From Planktothrix sp. GU0601_MAG3 (GTDB taxonomy: Bacteria; Cyanobacteriota; Cyanobacteriia; Cyanobacteriales; Microcoleaceae): a DNA stretch of 64,000 bases. The translations under genes and the position numbers were made by a program. A model generated the notes under the pieces. It was given only the letters and a program-made list of their open reading frames with translations, made no database searches and had not been told where the DNA came from. The first letter of the stretch is position 1; each line of letters begins with the position of its first letter. The stretch is taken from positions 2,004,578-2,068,577 of the forward strand of contig CP136572.1 in assembly GCA_035193785.1 (NCBI GenBank), written 5' to 3'. This document shows positions 33,008-45,158 of the stretch, one piece after another.

Positions 33008-33440
33008 ATGAAATTTAGAATTTTACCGATTATTTTTTGCCTTTGTTTTTGGGTTTTAATCACTGGTTTTTGGACTCCCCCAGCTTGGGCATTAATTCCG
33101 ATTCAACTGCAAGATTTAACTTACAAAAATTGCCCTCCTGAATTATCGGAAGGAGCAGTATCCAGTGGTTCTAGTCAAGATGCCAACTGTTTTATTATTA
33201 CCGGAAAAGCCAATAATACTTCGGGAAAAGTTGTTGTAGATGCGGATATTTTTGGTCGGATTTATGATGCGACTAATAACCCCGTGATGCAAAATCGGGG
33301 ACGGTTAGGTAATATTGAGACAGTTTCCCCCTGGAATTAGTGATTTTGAATTTAGAATTTCGATTCCTTCTAATCTGGAACCTCCCCTGCAACTCAAACA
33401 ATTTAAAGCCTCTGGTTTTAAAAATCGAATTGGCAGATAA
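33008..33440 (+). CDS. Exported hypothetical protein (+1 frameshift at 33323)
   Basis: Signal peptide, DADIFGRIYDA, restored C-terminus QLKQFKASGF. Confidence 0.75.
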
Positions 33441-33442
33441 AC

Positions 33443-35627
33443 TCAATTACCTAGGCGTTTAATTTGGAACTGGGCATCCTTATAACCCCCGGTTAAGCCT
33501 TGTTCCAAATAGAGTTTTCCCGCTTCTTCAAGATCGCTAATAGCACCGCTTTTATCACCAATTTGAATCCTCACTAATCCCCGTCCATAATAGGCCGCCG
33601 CATAGTTGGGTTTCAGACGAATTGCTTGGGCATAATCGGCGATCGCCTTATCATAATTCTTCATAGTAACATAGACTTGGGCGCGATTTCCGTAGGCTTC
33701 AGCATCATTGGGGTTAATATTAATTCCTTGGGTATAATCGGCAATTGCTCCTTGATAATCCTGGGCGGCGGAACGGGCTAATCCTCGATTACTATAGGCT
33801 TTATAATCATCTCCTTTAATTTCAATAGCCTTTGAGCAATCTTCAATTGCTTTGGGATAATCTTTTAAATTCAAATTAGCAATACAACGATTATTATAGG
33901 CGACTTCATTGGGAGTTCTATTAATCGCTTCTGTACAATCTTTAATCGCTTGATTATAGTCCCATAAATTAATATAAACGCTACAACGATTAGCATAGGC
34001 TTCCGAATTATTCGGATCAATTTGCAAGACGATATTATAATCCGCTAAAGCCCCTTGATAATCCCCTAAATGAAATCTCGCCCGACCTCGATCATAATAT
34101 CCGATGGGGTTCTTAGGTTCTAAGCGAATCGCCTCAGTATAATCAGCCATTCCTGATTGTAAATCCCCGGATTTAACTAAGGCAGTCCCCCTAGCGCGAT
34201 AGACTTTGGCTTGTTTGGGTTGTAGTCGTAGCACCGTATTATAATCTCCAATAGCGGCGGTATAATCCTCTAAGTCATAATGAATTAAACCTCTTTTATA
34301 GAAAGCCTCTCCGTCCTGTGGTTCTTGTTTTAGGACTTGGTTAAAATCAGCCAAAGCCCCCGATAAATCCGACGTATCATAACGGGTTAAACCCCGATTA
34401 AAATAAGCATTAACATAGTTAGGATTCAGTTCAATGGCTTTTGTATAATCCGCCAAAGCTTGTTCATATTCCTTCAAATCATAGTAAGCATTAGCCCGTT
34501 TATGATAGGCTTCGGGATTATTGGGATTGAACTTGATGGCTTGATTAAAAGCTCGAATTGCGCCTTTTGGATCACCTTGATTAACTTTTTCCACGCCCTT
34601 TTTTAAGGCATTTTCCGCTTTAATCGGATCGGGACGACTTAAAACTTGTACTAACCCAAAAATCACGATTAAACCTACTAATCCCGTTGTGACAATTGCC
34701 AATATTTTTGGCCAGGGAAGTGAGGGTTTTTCTTCTTGATAAATAGGGAAGTTTTTTAACTTATGAATATCAAATCCCGAACGTCCGGTTGCCTTTCTTA
34801 AGTCATCTAAGACATCAATTGCCGTCAGATAGCGTTTACTATAATAAGGATGTACCATCTTATCAATAACCTGGCCTAATCCTTGGCTGGCTTTGCTATA
34901 ATGGCGCCAATTCAGTTCTCCCACACTGGATAAACTCGGGTCTTGTAATTTCGGTAAATCTGAAGCTTCTAACCCGGTAATTGCTTGAATTGCAATCATC
35001 CCCACCGCATAAATATCGCTATTATATTGGGGATGACCTTGGAACTGTTCAATCGGCATATAAAAAGGAGTTCCCGTGGCAATGGTTTCGTAATCCCTGT
35101 CCATTACCATCGGCGAGTCTACTACTAACTTCTTTGACGGAACCAAAATCAATTAATACTAATTTTTTATCGGATTTACGACGAATTAAATTAGAGGGGT
35201 TAACATCTCGATGAATGACTTGATTTTCATGTACAAATACTAAAATTTCTAAAATATCTTCGATTAATAAAATTACCTGTTGTTCCGACCAAGGCATTCC
35301 CGGAACTAATTCTTTCATCAACGGATCACCAGCAACAAATTCTTCAATTAAATAAAATTGATCATGATCCTCAAAATAAGCTAATAACTGCGGAATTTGA
35401 TCATGTTTTCCCAACCGTTCTAAAATTTCTGCTTCTTGGCGAAATAATCGCAATGCCGTCTTTAAAGTATTAGAATTATTATTAGGCGGTCGCAATTGTT
35501 TTACTACACATTGGGGATGACCCGGGCGTCGGGTATCCGCAGCCAGATAGGTTTGTCCAAAAGCTCCCGAACTTAAGACTTGAACAATTCGGTATCTACG
35601 ATCTAATAATTGACCAATCATTTCCAT
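33443..35627 (-). CDS. Ser/Thr protein kinase with transmembrane segment and TPR repeats (+1 frameshift at 35085)
   Basis: GAFGQTY, CVVKQL, HRDVNPSN, IDFG, GTPFYMP, TPRs. Confidence 0.93.
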
Positions 35628-35741
35628 AAACAGTAATTAGTAAACAGTAATCAGAAAAGTTAAGAATTATCAAGCCCATTCTTAACCCCTAACTCTTAAC
35701 TCTTACACTGATAACTGATAACTGATGACTGATAACTGATT

Positions 35742-37709
35742 ATGTCACAACCTACGATAGAATCGATTCTGCAAGAAAACCGGTTGTTTCAACCCCATCC
35801 TGAGTTTTCCCAGAATGCTCATATTAAAAGTTTAGAGGAGTATAAACAACTCTATGAAAAAGCTAAAGCCAACCCGGAAGCGTTCTGGGCAGAACTAGCG
35901 GAAACAGAAATCCATTGGTTTCAAAAATGGGATCGAGTTTTAGACTGGCAACCCCCCTTTGCCAAATGGTTTGTGAATGGCAAAATTAATATTTCCTATA
36001 ATTGTTTAGATCGGCATTTAACCACTTGGCGGAAAAATAAAGCTGCCTTAATTTGGGAAGGAGAACCGGGCGATACTCGCACCCTAACTTACCTACAACT
36101 ACATCGAGAAGTCTGTCAAATGGCAAACGTTCTCAAACAGTTGGGAGCGCAAAAAGGAGATCGGATTGGCATCTATATGCCCATGATACCCGAAGCCGCC
36201 ATTGCCATGTTAGCCTGTGCCCGCATTGGTGCGCCCCATACCGTTGTTTTTGGGGGGTTTAGTGGAGAAGCACTCAAAGATCGCTTAGTCGATGCCGAGG
36301 CCAAATTAGTGATTACCGCCGATGGGGGCTGGCGTAAAGATGCCATTGTCCCCTTAAAAGAACAGGTCGATAAAGCCATTGAAGCCGGGGCGACCAGCGT
36401 TGATAACGTTTTAGTGGTACAAAGAACTAACCAAAAAATCAATATGCAACCCGGACGGGATCATTGGTGGCATGATCTCAGACAGGGGGTTTCCGCCGAC
36501 TGTCCCGCCGAACCCATGGATAGTGAGGATATGTTATTTATCCTCTACACCAGTGGGACAACGGGCAAACCCAAGGGAGTTGTTCACACCACGGGCGGGT
36601 ATAACCTCTATACCCACATTACCAATAAATGGGCTTTTGACCTACAGGATACCGATGTCTATTGGTGTACAGCCGATGTCGGTTGGATTACCGGACACAG
36701 TTATATTGTCTACGGGCCCCTATCCAATGGGGCGACCACCCTGATGTATGAAGGAGCACCGAGGGCGTCTAACCCGGGTTGTTTCTGGGATGTGGTGGAA
36801 AAATACGGGGTGACGATTTTCTATACCGCCCCCACCGCAATTCGGTCATTTATGAAAATGGGAGAACATCATCCCAAGTCCCGTGATTTATCCTCCCTAC
36901 GGCTCTTAGGAACCGTGGGAGAACCGATTAACCCGGAAGCTTGGATGTGGTATCAACGGGTAATTGGTAACGGTAACTGCCCGATTGTAGACACCTGGTG
37001 GCAAACGGAAACGGGCGGATTTATGATTACCCCCTTACCCGGGGCGACCCCAACCAAACCTGGGTCAGCAACTTTACCCTTCCCGGGGATTTTAGCGGAT
37101 GTGGTGGATGCGGACGGACAACCCGTGACCGATGACAGTGGGGGCTATTTGGTGGTGCGCTATCCCTGGCCGGGAATGATGCGGACGGTATATGGTGATC
37201 CTGAACGTTTCCGGCGCACCTATTGGGAATATTTGAAACCCAAGGATGGTATTCCCCTCTATTTTGCCGGGGATGGAGCCCATCAAGACCGGGATGGCTA
37301 TTTCTGGGTTATGGGTCGGGTGGATGATGTGATCAATGTGTCAGGACACCGTTTAGGGACGATGGAAATTGAGTCGGCTTTGGTGTCCCATCCGGCGGTG
37401 GCTGAGGCGGCGGTGGTCGGGAAACCCGATGAGATTAAGGGTGAGGAGATTGTGGCGTTTGTGACCTTGGAGGAAGGGAAAGAAGCGTCCGATGAGTTGG
37501 CCAAGGAACTGAAAAAGCACGTTGTTAGTGAAATTGGGGCTTTAGCCCGTCCTGGGGAAATTCGGTTTACGGATGATTTACCTAAAACCCGGTCTGGGAA
37601 GATTATGCGGCGTCTATTGCGCTCGTTGGCGTCGGGTCAGGAAATTACCGGAGACACTTCTACGTTACAGGATCGGAGTGTATTAGAAAAATTGCGCGGT
37701 GGGGCGTAA
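35742..37709 (+). CDS. acs: Acetyl-CoA synthetase
   Basis: [31 protein letters not shown]. Confidence 0.97.
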   Translation: MSQPTIESILQENRLFQPHPEFSQNAHIKSLEEYKQLYEKAKANPEAFWAELAETEIHWFQKWDRVLDWQPPFAKWFVNGKINISYNCLDRHLTTWRKNKAALIWEGEPGDTRTLTYLQLHREVCQMANVLKQLGAQKGDRIGIYMPMIPEAAIAMLACARIGAPHTVVFGGFSGEALKDRLVDAEAKLVITADGGWRKDAIVPLKEQVDKAIEAGATSVDNVLVVQRTNQKINMQPGRDHWWHDLRQGVSADCPAEPMDSEDMLFILYTSGTTGKPKGVVHTTGGYNLYTHITNKWAFDLQDTDVYWCTADVGWITGHSYIVYGPLSNGATTLMYEGAPRASNPGCFWDVVEKYGVTIFYTAPTAIRSFMKMGEHHPKSRDLSSLRLLGTVGEPINPEAWMWYQRVIGNGNCPIVDTWWQTETGGFMITPLPGATPTKPGSATLPFPGILADVVDADGQPVTDDSGGYLVVRYPWPGMMRTVYGDPERFRRTYWEYLKPKDGIPLYFAGDGAHQDRDGYFWVMGRVDDVINVSGHRLGTMEIESALVSHPAVAEAAVVGKPDEIKGEEIVAFVTLEEGKEASDELAKELKKHVVSEIGALARPGEIRFTDDLPKTRSGKIMRRLLRSLASGQEITGDTSTLQDRSVLEKLRGGA

Positions 37710-37808
37710 TTATTGATCAGTTGTAGCGGCGGGTTCATCAAGATTTAGGTTTAATAGAGATCTAAAAAAACCCGCCCGCAACAGTTATCAGTGTTAATTC
37801 TGTGTTCT

Positions 37809-37832
37809 TCCCTGGTAAACCGGGGATTTTTT
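37809..37832 (+). terminator. Rho-independent terminator after acs (relic copy at ~48075-48099)
   Basis: TCCCTGGT-AA-ACCGGGGA followed by a T run. Confidence 0.75.
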
Positions 37833-37935
37833 ATAATATTTAAAATTGCTCAAATTTTATAAATACGCCTCTTAGTAACTTTTAAATTTGAGTAAATTGG
37901 TGATAATTTTTATAAAGAATATTACTGATTACTTA

Positions 37936-40760
37936 ATGATGACTAGCGATCGCCCTGACAAACCCCAAAAAACTCGACAAATTCCCCTGAGACTATTACT
38001 AATTATACCCTTTGTCGTGCAAATCGTGGGCGCGGTAGGATTAGTTGGTTTTCTCTCCTATCGCAGTGGACAAGAGGCGGTGGAAGATATGGCAATATCT
38101 TTGATGTCAGAAATCGGCGATCGCATTGAACAAAGCTTAAACAGCTATCTCAAGGCACCTGAAACAACTTACTCAAACTAATGCCTCCCTCATCCGTCAA
38201 GGAATTTTAGATTACCAAAATTTACCCGCCCTGCAAACACACTTTGCCCAGCAATTACAAATTTTTCCTAGTGTGAGTATGGTGAAAATTGCTAACGAAA
38301 AAAAAGACTATATATCAGTTTCACGAGACCTATCATCTGATCAGCTTATTGTGAGGATTGTGAATGCTTCAGAAAGCAATAATCACTATCGTTACCAAGC
38401 AGATCTCACAGGTAAAATTCATGAGTTACTGGAAATTAGGACTGACTATAATCCTCATAATGACCCCCCCGGTAAGCCTTGGTATGGTGCGGCAAGGGAA
38501 GCCAAGATAGGAACTTGGGGCATTTTTGTCAATTTATCACAGGGAAAAAATCACCCGCTTCTGTCTGCAACTTATCATTTGCCATTTCAAGATGCACAGG
38601 GACAATTTCAAGGGGTACTTGGTTCTAATCTATATCTACCTCAGTTTGGAGACTTTCTTCAAAATCTAAAAATTGGGAATACAGGGCAAGCATTTCTGAT
38701 AGATCAACAAGGACAAATGATTGCCAATTCTGTCAATGAAGTACCATTTATAACTACTGCTAAAAGTAAATTATCTCAAAATGTTGATGCTAGTTCCCGT
38801 CGCTTAAAAGCAACAGCTAGTAAAAATAAAATCATTCGATCAACCTCCCAATATTTAACAGATAACTTTCAACTAGAAAGTATTCAAAACATTCAAAAAC
38901 TTAATTTGTCAGTAGATGGTCAGAGATATTTTGTACAGGTTTTCCCTGTGAGCAAACAAACCTTAAACTGGCTAACAGTTATTGTCATTCCTGAATCCGA
39001 CTTCATGGAACATATTCAGAAAAATGCCCGTTGGACAATTATATTATGTGGTCTAACTCTTGTTGTTGCCATAATAATTGGTATTCTCACTGCTCAATGG
39101 ATTACTAAACCAATTTTACGATTAAATCAAGCAAGTCAGGCTTTAGCATTAGGTGAATGGCAAAATTATGACCAAGAAAATGATCTAATAGAAACCAAAC
39201 GTATTACAGAAATATCAACTCTTGCCAATTCTTTTAATGCTATGGCTCATCAGTTAAAAAATGCTTTTGAAAATTTAGAAAATCGAGTGAAAGAACGTAC
39301 AGCAGAGTTAGTTATTGCCAAGGAAAAAGCGGAAGTAGCTAATCAAGCCAAAAGTGCCTTTATTGCCAATATGAGCCATGAATTGCGAAGTCCATTAAAT
39401 GCAATTATTGGTTTTTCTCAGTTAATGTTACGCACTAAAAATCTACCTTCTGAACAATACAAAAATGCGGGAATTATTCAGTGTAACGGGGAATATTTAT
39501 TGACTTTAATTAATAATGTTCTCGATTTTTCTAAAATCGAAGCCCAAAAAACCACTCTGAATCAAAAGGATTTTGATCTCTATCAATTATTAGATGATTT
39601 AGAAGATGTGTTACATTTAAGGGCGTTTAATGCGGGATTAGAATTGATTTTTGATCGGGGTGATAATTTACCCCGTTATATTTACACTGATGGGATAAAA
39701 TTACGTCAAGTTTTATTGAATTTATTGGGTAATGCCATTAAATTTACTGAGAAAGGTGAAGTAATTTTAAGTGTTAGATACGATTCCTCATTGATAACAG
39801 ATGTAGGGGTAAACAGCCTAACCCTACAATTCACTATCAAAGATACAGGAAAGGGGATTTCTCAGGAGGAATTAAGCAAGTTATTTGAGGCATTTTCTCA
39901 AACAGAATCAGGGCGAGAAGCTCAAGAAGGAACAGGATTAGGATTAGCGATTAGTCGTCAATTTGTGCAGTTAATGGGGGGAGATATTACGGTAGAGAGT
40001 GAAACCAGGAAAAGGAACAACTTTTAAATTTTCAATTAACGTAAAATTGGGAAAAGAAATTGATGATAATAGTAATATTTTACGGCAAAGAGTATTAGAA
40101 CTAGCACCGGAACAGCCGATTTATAAAATATTAGTGGTAGATGATAAATCGATTAATTGCCAATTATTAATAAAATTACTTTCCCCTTTAGGATTTGAGG
40201 TGAAAGAAGCAAGTAATGGAAAAGAAGCGATCGCCATTTGGGAAGAATGGCAACCTCATTTAATTTTTATGGATATGAGAATGCCTGTGATGGATGGTTA
40301 TGAAGCGACTAAATCTATTAAATCCACAACTAAAGGTAATGCCACCGCCATTATAGCTTTAACAGCGAGTGTTTTAGAAGAAGAAAAAGCAATTACTTTA
40401 TCAGCAGGATGTGATGATTTTATGCGTAAACCCTTTAAAGAATCTACCATTTTTGAGGTATTAACTAAACATTTAGGAGTCAAATATATTTATGAAGAAT
40501 TAACAGATAAAAATGTCATTGATCATCTTTCCTCAACCATGCTATCATCTATGGATTTAGGGGATTTAGCCCTAATGTCACAGGAATGGCGATCACAATT
40601 ACATCAAGCATCCTTAGAGGCTGATAGTAATCTGGTGACAAAACTAATTCAAGAAATACCTAATCAAAAATCCCATTTAGTAAAAGTTCTTGAAAAATTA
40701 GCCCGTCAATTTCAATTTGATGAAATAGCCGAATTATTAACCCATAAAAACCTAAAATAG
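37936..40760 (+). CDS. Hybrid sensor histidine kinase/receiver, paralog 1 (+1 frameshifts at 38161 and 40001)
   Basis: TM-periplasmic-[35 protein letters not shown]. Confidence 0.92.
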
Positions 40761-40897
40761 AGATTACTTCCTGCTTCCTAAAACCATTAAATCTTGATAC
40801 TTAAAAGTTATAATTAGGATTTTTGAGGTAGTTTTTCAATGGTTTTAATGATTATTTATGGACTGTAAATTTCTGTATTCATTAATTTTTACTTCTC

Positions 40898-41647
40898 TTA
40901 ACGAGAAGTTATTCCCTTAGTGAAAATCATAAATACTAAGGTAATTGGGATGGCAATATAAGAATAAGAACGCACATTCATAATTAATATTGTTTTTATC
41001 AGATTGCCTGAGCGGTCTGGCATTAGCTTTTTCAAGCAAAACCCTTCTACAACCACACTGATCGCAAAGCCAATTCCAATAAATATAGCTACTGCTAAAA
41101 GTTGTAATATCTTAATATAAAAAGGTGTGGGAATAGAGAAATCAGCAGGCAGCAAAAATATACTATATAGCAACCCACCAAACCAAATTAAACCCCAGCC
41201 AAACAAACTTAAAATCTTTAATAGAAAAGGGTGAATTCTAAAATGCTCGGACTGTTTTAGCGGAAATAGTGAAGATGAAAAAATCACTAATAGCAAATAA
41301 CTCAGCCCAAGCATTTGTCCACCAATCGCTTCATAAGGGAGTGCACCAAGTCCCCAGATAAAATAAATTCCCAGTATCAACGAACAAAGATTTGCTAGGA
41401 ATGACAACCAAATTGCTTTCCCAAAACTGATTTGCTCTCTTTGCGCTAGAATCAAACTTTCCAGAATAATAATGCCAATAATTCCTAAGCCATAGGTAGC
41501 AAATCCAACCGTCAGTGGAATTTGTAGTAACCAGATTGCCATAGGTGGCCAACTATTGGCACTGGCGGGATTTGTAGCCAGTAACCAAATGACTGCTCCT
41601 AATAATGGGATGGTGAGAACTTTGAAAGTTTTTGCTGTTGTATTCAT
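40898..41647 (-). CDS. Multi-pass membrane hypothetical protein with signal peptide
   Basis: 249-aa hydrophobic ORF. Confidence 0.75.
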   Translation of the reverse strand: MNTTAKTFKVLTIPLLGAVIWLLATNPASANSWPPMAIWLLQIPLTVGFATYGLGIIGIIILESLILAQREQISFGKAIWLSFLANLCSLILGIYFIWGLGALPYEAIGGQMLGLSYLLLVIFSSSLFPLKQSEHFRIHPFLLKILSLFGWGLIWFGGLLYSIFLLPADFSIPTPFYIKILQLLAVAIFIGIGFAISVVVEGFCLKKLMPDRSGNLIKTILIMNVRSYSYIAIPITLVFMIFTKGITSR

Positions 41648-41814
41648 TGCCCTAGCCTTATTCTTATTGCTGAGATACTGAGATACAATGACAAAACTAA
41701 TTCAATAAATACCTAATCAAAAATACCCTTTAGTGAAAGTTCTTGAAAAATTAGCCCGTCAATTTCAATTTAATCAAATGGCTGAATTATTGTCTTAATG
41801 TGTAAAAATAAATT

Positions 41815-44632
41815 ATGAATAACGATCGCCCTAACAAACCCCAAAAAACTCGACAAATTCCCCTGAGACTATTACTAATTATACCCTTTGTCGCGCAAAT
41901 TGTGGGCGCGGTAGGATTAGTTGGTTTTCTCTCCTATCGCAGTGGACAAGAGGCGGTGGAAGATATGGCAAAATCTTTAATGGCAGAAATCGGCGATCGC
42001 ATTGATCAAAATCTAAAAAATTATTTGAAAAAGCCCGTGGAAGTTACCCACAATAATGCTGAAGCTGCTAAACTAGGCATCTTAAATTATCATAATTTAC
42101 CAGCAGTAAAACGTTATTTCTGGCAGCAATCACAAATCTTTGATGACATCAGTATATGGTTAATTGCAACCGAACAGAAAACGATTTTAATTGTGGATAC
42201 CCAGGATAAAAAATCTCGTTTTATCCGAATTAGAGATCAGTCAACTCGTTACAAATGGGATAACTATCTCGCGGATGCTCAAGGAAACTACATTAAATTA
42301 ATTCGACGTTCAACAACTTATGATCCCCATAATGATCCGCCTGAAAATCCTTGGTATGGAGCTACAAAAAATGCCGGACGGGGGATTTGGCGGCTGGTTG
42401 TTGCTCGAGTAGAGAATGATAGTCCTAAGTTATTAGCTGCTTATTTATTACCCTTCTTTGATCAAAAAAATAACTTTCAAGGCGTTATCAATTGCTCTAT
42501 TCCTTTATCTCAATTAGGAGATTTTCTCAAAAAATTAAAAGTTGGCAAAACAGGTCAAGCTTTTATCTTAGAAAAAAATGGATTTTTGATCGGTACTTCC
42601 GCAGGTGAAACTCCCTTTGTTCCAAGTTTAGTCAGATCTCTTAACTCCGATAAAGAGAAAGATGATCCTAACCAATACAGATTGAATGCTGTGAATAGTA
42701 GTGAACTTATGACTCGACAAACCACTAAAAAATTAGTGGAACATTTCGGTGGACTTGCTCAGATTAAAGAAACAAAAGAATATAACTTTACAGAAAATAG
42801 TAAACGCTACTTTGTTAGAGTTGTTCCATTTAAGGGGCAAAAAGATTTAGATTGGTTGACAGTTATTGTTATTCCTGAAACTGACTTCCTCGCAGAAATT
42901 CAGGCAAATGCCCGTTGGACAATTTTATTTTGTGGTCTAACGCTTATTATTGCCACAATAATTGGTATTCTCACTGCTCGATGGATTACTAAACCGATTT
43001 TACGATTAAGTCAAGCCAGTGAGGCTTTAGCATTAGGAGAATGGCAAAACTTTGACCAAGAAAATGATCTAATAGAAGCGAAAAGTATTACAGAAATATC
43101 AACTCTAGCTAGATCTTTTAAGAGTATGGCGAATCAGTTACAAACAGCTTTTGAAACCTTAGAAAATCGAGTAGAAGAAAGAACAGCAGAATTAGTGATT
43201 GCTAAGGAAAAAGCGGAAGTAGCCAATCAAGCCAAGAGTACATTTATTGCGAATATGAGCCATGAATTACGCAGTCCACTTAATGCTATTTTAGGTTTTT
43301 CGCAGTTAATGTTACGCACAAAACATTTACCTTCTGAACACTATGAAAATGCGGGAATTATTAATCGCAGTGGGGAATATTTATTAACTTTAATTAATAA
43401 TGTTCTCGATTTTGCCAAAATTGAAGCGGGAAAAACAACTTTAAATCAAAAGGATTTTGACCTGTATCAATTATTAGATGATTTAGAAGATATGTTACAT
43501 TTAAGGGCGTTTAATGCGGGATTAGAATTAATATTTGATCGAGGTGAAAATTTACCGCGTTATCTTTATGCTGATGGGGTAAAATTACGTCAAGTTTTAT
43601 TGAATTTATTAGGGAATGCCATTAAATTTACATCAAAAGGTGAAGTCATTTTAAGGCTTAATAGTCAGGAAAATAAAGACCATCAAAATTATATTTTAAA
43701 TTTCACAATTAGCGATACAGGAAAGGGAATTTCTCAAGAAGAATTAAGCCAATTATTCGAGGCTTTTAGTCAAACCGAATCAGGCAGAGAAAGTCAGGAG
43801 GGAACAGGATTAGGCTTAGTCATTAGTCGTCAATTTGTGCAGTTAATGGGGGGAGATATTACGGTAGAGAGTGAATTAGGTAAAGGCACAACTTTTCAAT
43901 TTTCAATTAACGTAAAATTAGGTGAAGAATCAACTAAAATTGAACAAATTAATCCCCAAAGGGTATTAGCACTAGCACCCGAAACAACTGACTTACAAAA
44001 TCCTGACAGTAGATGATAAAGCCATTAATTGCCAATTATTAATAAAATTACTTTCCCCTTTAGGTTTTGAAATCAAAGCAGCCAGTAATGGACAAGAAGC
44101 TATAGCGATTTGGGAAGAATGGCAACCCCATTTAATCTTTATGGATATGAGAATGCCTGTGATGGATGGTTATGAAGCGACTAAATCTATTAAATCCACA
44201 ACTAAAGGTAATGCCACCGCCATTATAGCTTTAACAGCGAGTGTTTTAGAAGAAGAAAAAGCGATTACTTTATCAGCAGGATGTGATGATTTTATGCGTA
44301 AACCCTTTAAAGAATCTACCATTTTTGAGGTATTAACTAAACATTTAGGAGTCAAATATATTTATGAAGAATTAATAGATAAAAATGTCATTGATCATCT
44401 TTCCTCAACCATGCTATCATCTATGGATTTAGGGGATTTAGCCCTAATGTCACAGGAATGGCGAGCGCAATTATATCAAGCATCCTTAGAGGCTGATAGT
44501 AATCTGGTGACAAAACTAATTCAAGAAATACCTAATCAAAAATCCCATTTAGTAAAAGTTATTAAAAAATTAGCCCGTCAATTTCAATTTGATGAAATAG
44601 CCGAATTATTAACCCATAAAAACCTAAAATAG
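41815..44632 (+). CDS. Hybrid sensor histidine kinase/receiver, paralog 2 (+1 frameshift at 43981)
   Basis: Same architecture as paralog 1 with a divergent periplasmic domain. Confidence 0.92.
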
Positions 44633-44722
44633 AGATTACTTCCTGCTTTCTAAAACCATTTATAAAACCATTAAATCTTGATACTAAAAAGTTCTAATCA
44701 GGATTTTTGAGGTAGTTTCTCA

Positions 44723-44991
44723 AACGAACAAAGATTTGCTAGGAATGACAACCAAATTGCTTTCCCAAAACTGATTTGCTCTCTTTGCGCTAGAATCAAA
44801 CTTTCCAGAATAATAATGCCAATAATTCCTAAGCCATAGGTAGCAAATCCAACCGTCAGTGGAATTTGTAGTAACCAGATTGCCATAGGTAGCTAACTAT
44901 TGGCACTGGCGGGATTTGTAGCCAGTAACCAAATGACTGCTCCTAATAATGGGATGGTGAGAACTTTGAAAGTTTTTGCTGTTGTATTCAT
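44723..44991 (-). pseudogene. Truncated duplicate of the 40898-41647 membrane gene
   Basis: Near-identical 5' part, TGG>TAG nonsense change and 3' deletion. Confidence 0.88.
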
Positions 44992-45158
44992 TGCCCTAGC
45001 CTTATTCTTATTGGTGAGATACTGAGATACAATGACAAAACTAATTCAAGAAATACCTAATCAAAAATACCCTTTAGTGAAAGTTCTTGAAAAATTAGCC
45101 CGTCAATTTCAATTTAATCAAATGGCTGAATTATTGTCTTAATGTGTAAAAATAAATT